This document shows positions 61,744 through 64,000 of a stretch of DNA of 64,000 bases, one piece after another. This DNA is from Mesotaenium endlicherianum (taxonomy: Eukaryota): NCBI GenBank assembly GCA_009602735.1, contig WELA01003378.1, forward strand, positions 127,712 through 191,711, in the 5' to 3' direction. The notes below the pieces were generated by a model. The model worked only from the letters and a program-made list of their open reading frames with translations, did no database searches and was not told the DNA's origin. The first letter of the stretch is position 1; each line of letters begins with the position of its first letter. The position numbers and the translations under genes were made by a program.

Positions 61744-63411
61744 ATGACTCAAAAGTCGCAACTCAAGAGGAAGAGAAGGGCGGAAGAGGCACATGCACAA
61801 TACTTGCAATTACGTGGAGATATGAAATCATCTTCCATCTCCGCTCGGGAATCACAATGACTCCAACAACAGCGGGAGGCACAGAAGAAGAAGAAGGAGG
61901 AGGAACAGACCAGACTTAGGCAGGAAGAAATGGACAGAAAAGCTGCAGAGGAGGCCAAGAAAGCAGAGGAGGAGAGGCAAGCTGAGGAAAAGCGGAAGCA
62001 GCAGGCTGAAGATGAAGAACAGAGGAGAATCAGCAGCTACCGCTACACAGTGCTGGGCAAGGGCTTTGATCTGCTAGAGGAGGCCTTCAAGTATGCCCAG
62101 AGAAGTCGCAGTGAGTCGCAAACGGAAATCCTCCTGAAGGAAGGGGAGACATCCGAGAACTTTGACAAGTATATAGAGGTCAGCACAGGGCTCCTCCTCT
62201 ACCACGATTACGCCAGGATGGTAGGATATACGGTCAAAGAGGCCAAGGCAATGGCCCAGGTGGACGAAGCAGGGGCTGTCTCGATTCCTGGTATCTGGGG
62301 GGAGGATAGGGTCATCAGGATGATCCCCATGGACGCGGACAGCTTCAAGGACTCAACACCCCAGAACAGGTTCAAGGCCATGTACAATGAGGTGGAGAGG
62401 AGGAGCTGGGAATTCTTGGCCAGGGAAACAAGTCAGCTGGACTTTGCAGGGCACTGGTACCCTTGAACTCTTAAAAAGACAGACGCTGCCTTCTTCCAAA
62501 AGCCCACTGATTGGCAGTGGATGACCATCAACATGGGGGACCAGCAGAATGAAAGGGCGACAGAAGAGGATTTCTTGACAGACCTAAAGGGGAACATAGT
62601 ATTGCCCCCTCACATTGCGGCTTGGGACCCACGATTGGATGGAGTCAGAGACTGCATGAGCCAAGAGATGTAGGGGGACAGAAGCAGGGCCCGAGAATCA
62701 TTCTCCAAAGGGAAGCACGCTTATGCCAAATGGGCAAGTAAGCAGGGGGAAAAGGACCTCTATGCGGTCCGGACTCAGCAGCCCCCACCAGCACCCAAAA
62801 GTGGAAGGTCAGTAGGATATTCTTTTTCTCGGGAAGAGCTGGAGCAGCTGACAGAAGAGACCCCAGAAGTCTCAGAGGAACCCGGGGGCGGCGAGGAGGA
62901 GGAGTCAGAGGAAGACGAGGAGGAAGGCGAGGCGCAGGACACTAGCCCCGCCGTGATCCTGACACCTGCCACATCCCCTGTAAGGGGGAACACGGGGTTG
63001 GCCCTGCAGCAACTTGCTGAAGAGGAGGATATCACTTGGCTGGGGACTGCCAGAGGACAAAGCCCATCTCCAGGCAAGGAGACCCAGTCAGAAAGGGCAG
63101 ACAGGAGGGCTGCTCGGGAGATAGCCAGAGGCCTGCCAGCATCTCCCTCGCAGAGAGGGCATGTACCCTTGGCTCATGTCATGCAACATCCTTCTGGGAT
63201 GCCGGTATACGTACCTGTCAGTTTGAGGGCTGCCCAGGAGAAGGCTGCCTCCCTTCAGTTTCAGACTGTGCAGGAGGAAACAGCCCAGTTATTGCGTTCT
63301 CCGCTAGGTCCTTACACGGAATCTCCTTCTCTGACAGGCTTCAGAAGACCCCAAGACAGGAGGAGGTCTGGCTCCCCTGAGTATAGGGCCTCAGGGACAT
63401 CTTCCTCCTAA
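61744..63411 (+). pseudogene. Family A accessory ORF (about 555 codons, unknown function) with three in-frame premature stops
   Basis: Single frame from ATG 61744 to TAA 63411, with stops at 61858, 62464 and 62671. Homologous copies at 24373-27040 (-) and 35603-36470 (+). Confidence 0.85.
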
Positions 63412-64000
63412 GGGCAGGAGGCTGGGGACAAGAGGGACAGCACGCTGTTATTAGTGTTAGTGTTGTCGAGGCGACAACATGATAAGTTGGAGGGATTGTA
63501 ATGAATCAGTATATTGGTTGACATCTGACTTGAAGGTGTTGACTAGTCTGCCTTCACATGTGTAAGACCTGACTTGACGCGCCGAGACGTCGCTTTTTTT
63601 GGCGGGGGGATGATGTAGTGATTTGAGTTATTATGTATTAGTTTGCATATATTTTAATATTTTCAAATATATTTGGAGTAATATTGTGTGGATTCAAGTG
63701 TGAATAGGTACTCTAGTGACTTGGTTCATGTCCTTTGAACCTTCTAAGGCATTTTTGAAGTTAGAGGAAAGACCTAGAAGCACTCCACGTGGCAAAAGTC
63801 AAATGTGCCATTTTAGGTCAAAAGAACATGTGTACATTATTCTAAAAGGAGGTGGCAAGTTTGGGATGTGTTGGGTGCTGTAATGAATCAATATATTGGT
63901 TGACATAATATTCATTTAAATAATATAGTTAAATAAGTTCAGCCTGCTGAACTCTAGTTAATGATCAGTCTGCTGGACTTTATATTTAATATCAGTTGAA

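Larger units (their letters stand above)
56516..64000 (+). mobile_element. Chimeric A/B chromovirus: composite 5' LTR 56516-57502 (B part 56516-56782, A LTR 56783-57502), PBS 57504-57515, A internal region, composite 3' LTR from 63614 running off the window
   Basis: The same B|A junction (GTGTTGGGTGC|TGTAATGAATC) occurs at 56783 and 63879. A PPT at 63485-63496; B PPT at 63601-63613. Confidence 0.85.

Noticed and set aside
61744..63411. Retroviral env gene
   Set aside because: No signal peptide or transmembrane helix; the protein is highly charged.

Overview
Eukaryotic nuclear DNA from a green plant-lineage genome. The intron-rich genes resemble land-plant proteins; a streptophyte alga is my guess, not established. 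The left third (1-22.6 kb) is genic: a PP2C35-like phosphatase (+, 2 coding exons), TFIID subunit TAF2 (-, about 24 exons, microsatellite-rich introns, three GC-AG introns, G-rich acceptors), a possible unidentified spliced + strand gene, and coatomer gamma-COP (-, about 19 exons). From about 22.65 kb to the end is an unbroken nest of Ty3/gypsy retrotransposons, dominated by three chromodomain-bearing families (my labels A, B, C) with tRNA-iMet-type PBSs, plus other gag/protease remnants. The most unusual signals are: (1) family A carries a conserved ~555-codon non-env extra ORF between chromodomain and 3' LTR, in three diverged copies; (2) family C LTRs embed a tRNA-Trp-like A-box/B-box cassette inside a heavily base-paired U3; (3) the element starting at 56516 appears to have transposed with a chimeric LTR (B U3 fused to a whole A LTR), using A's PBS and B's PPT. 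All homology calls come from recognising the translated sequence by eye; no database searches were run.
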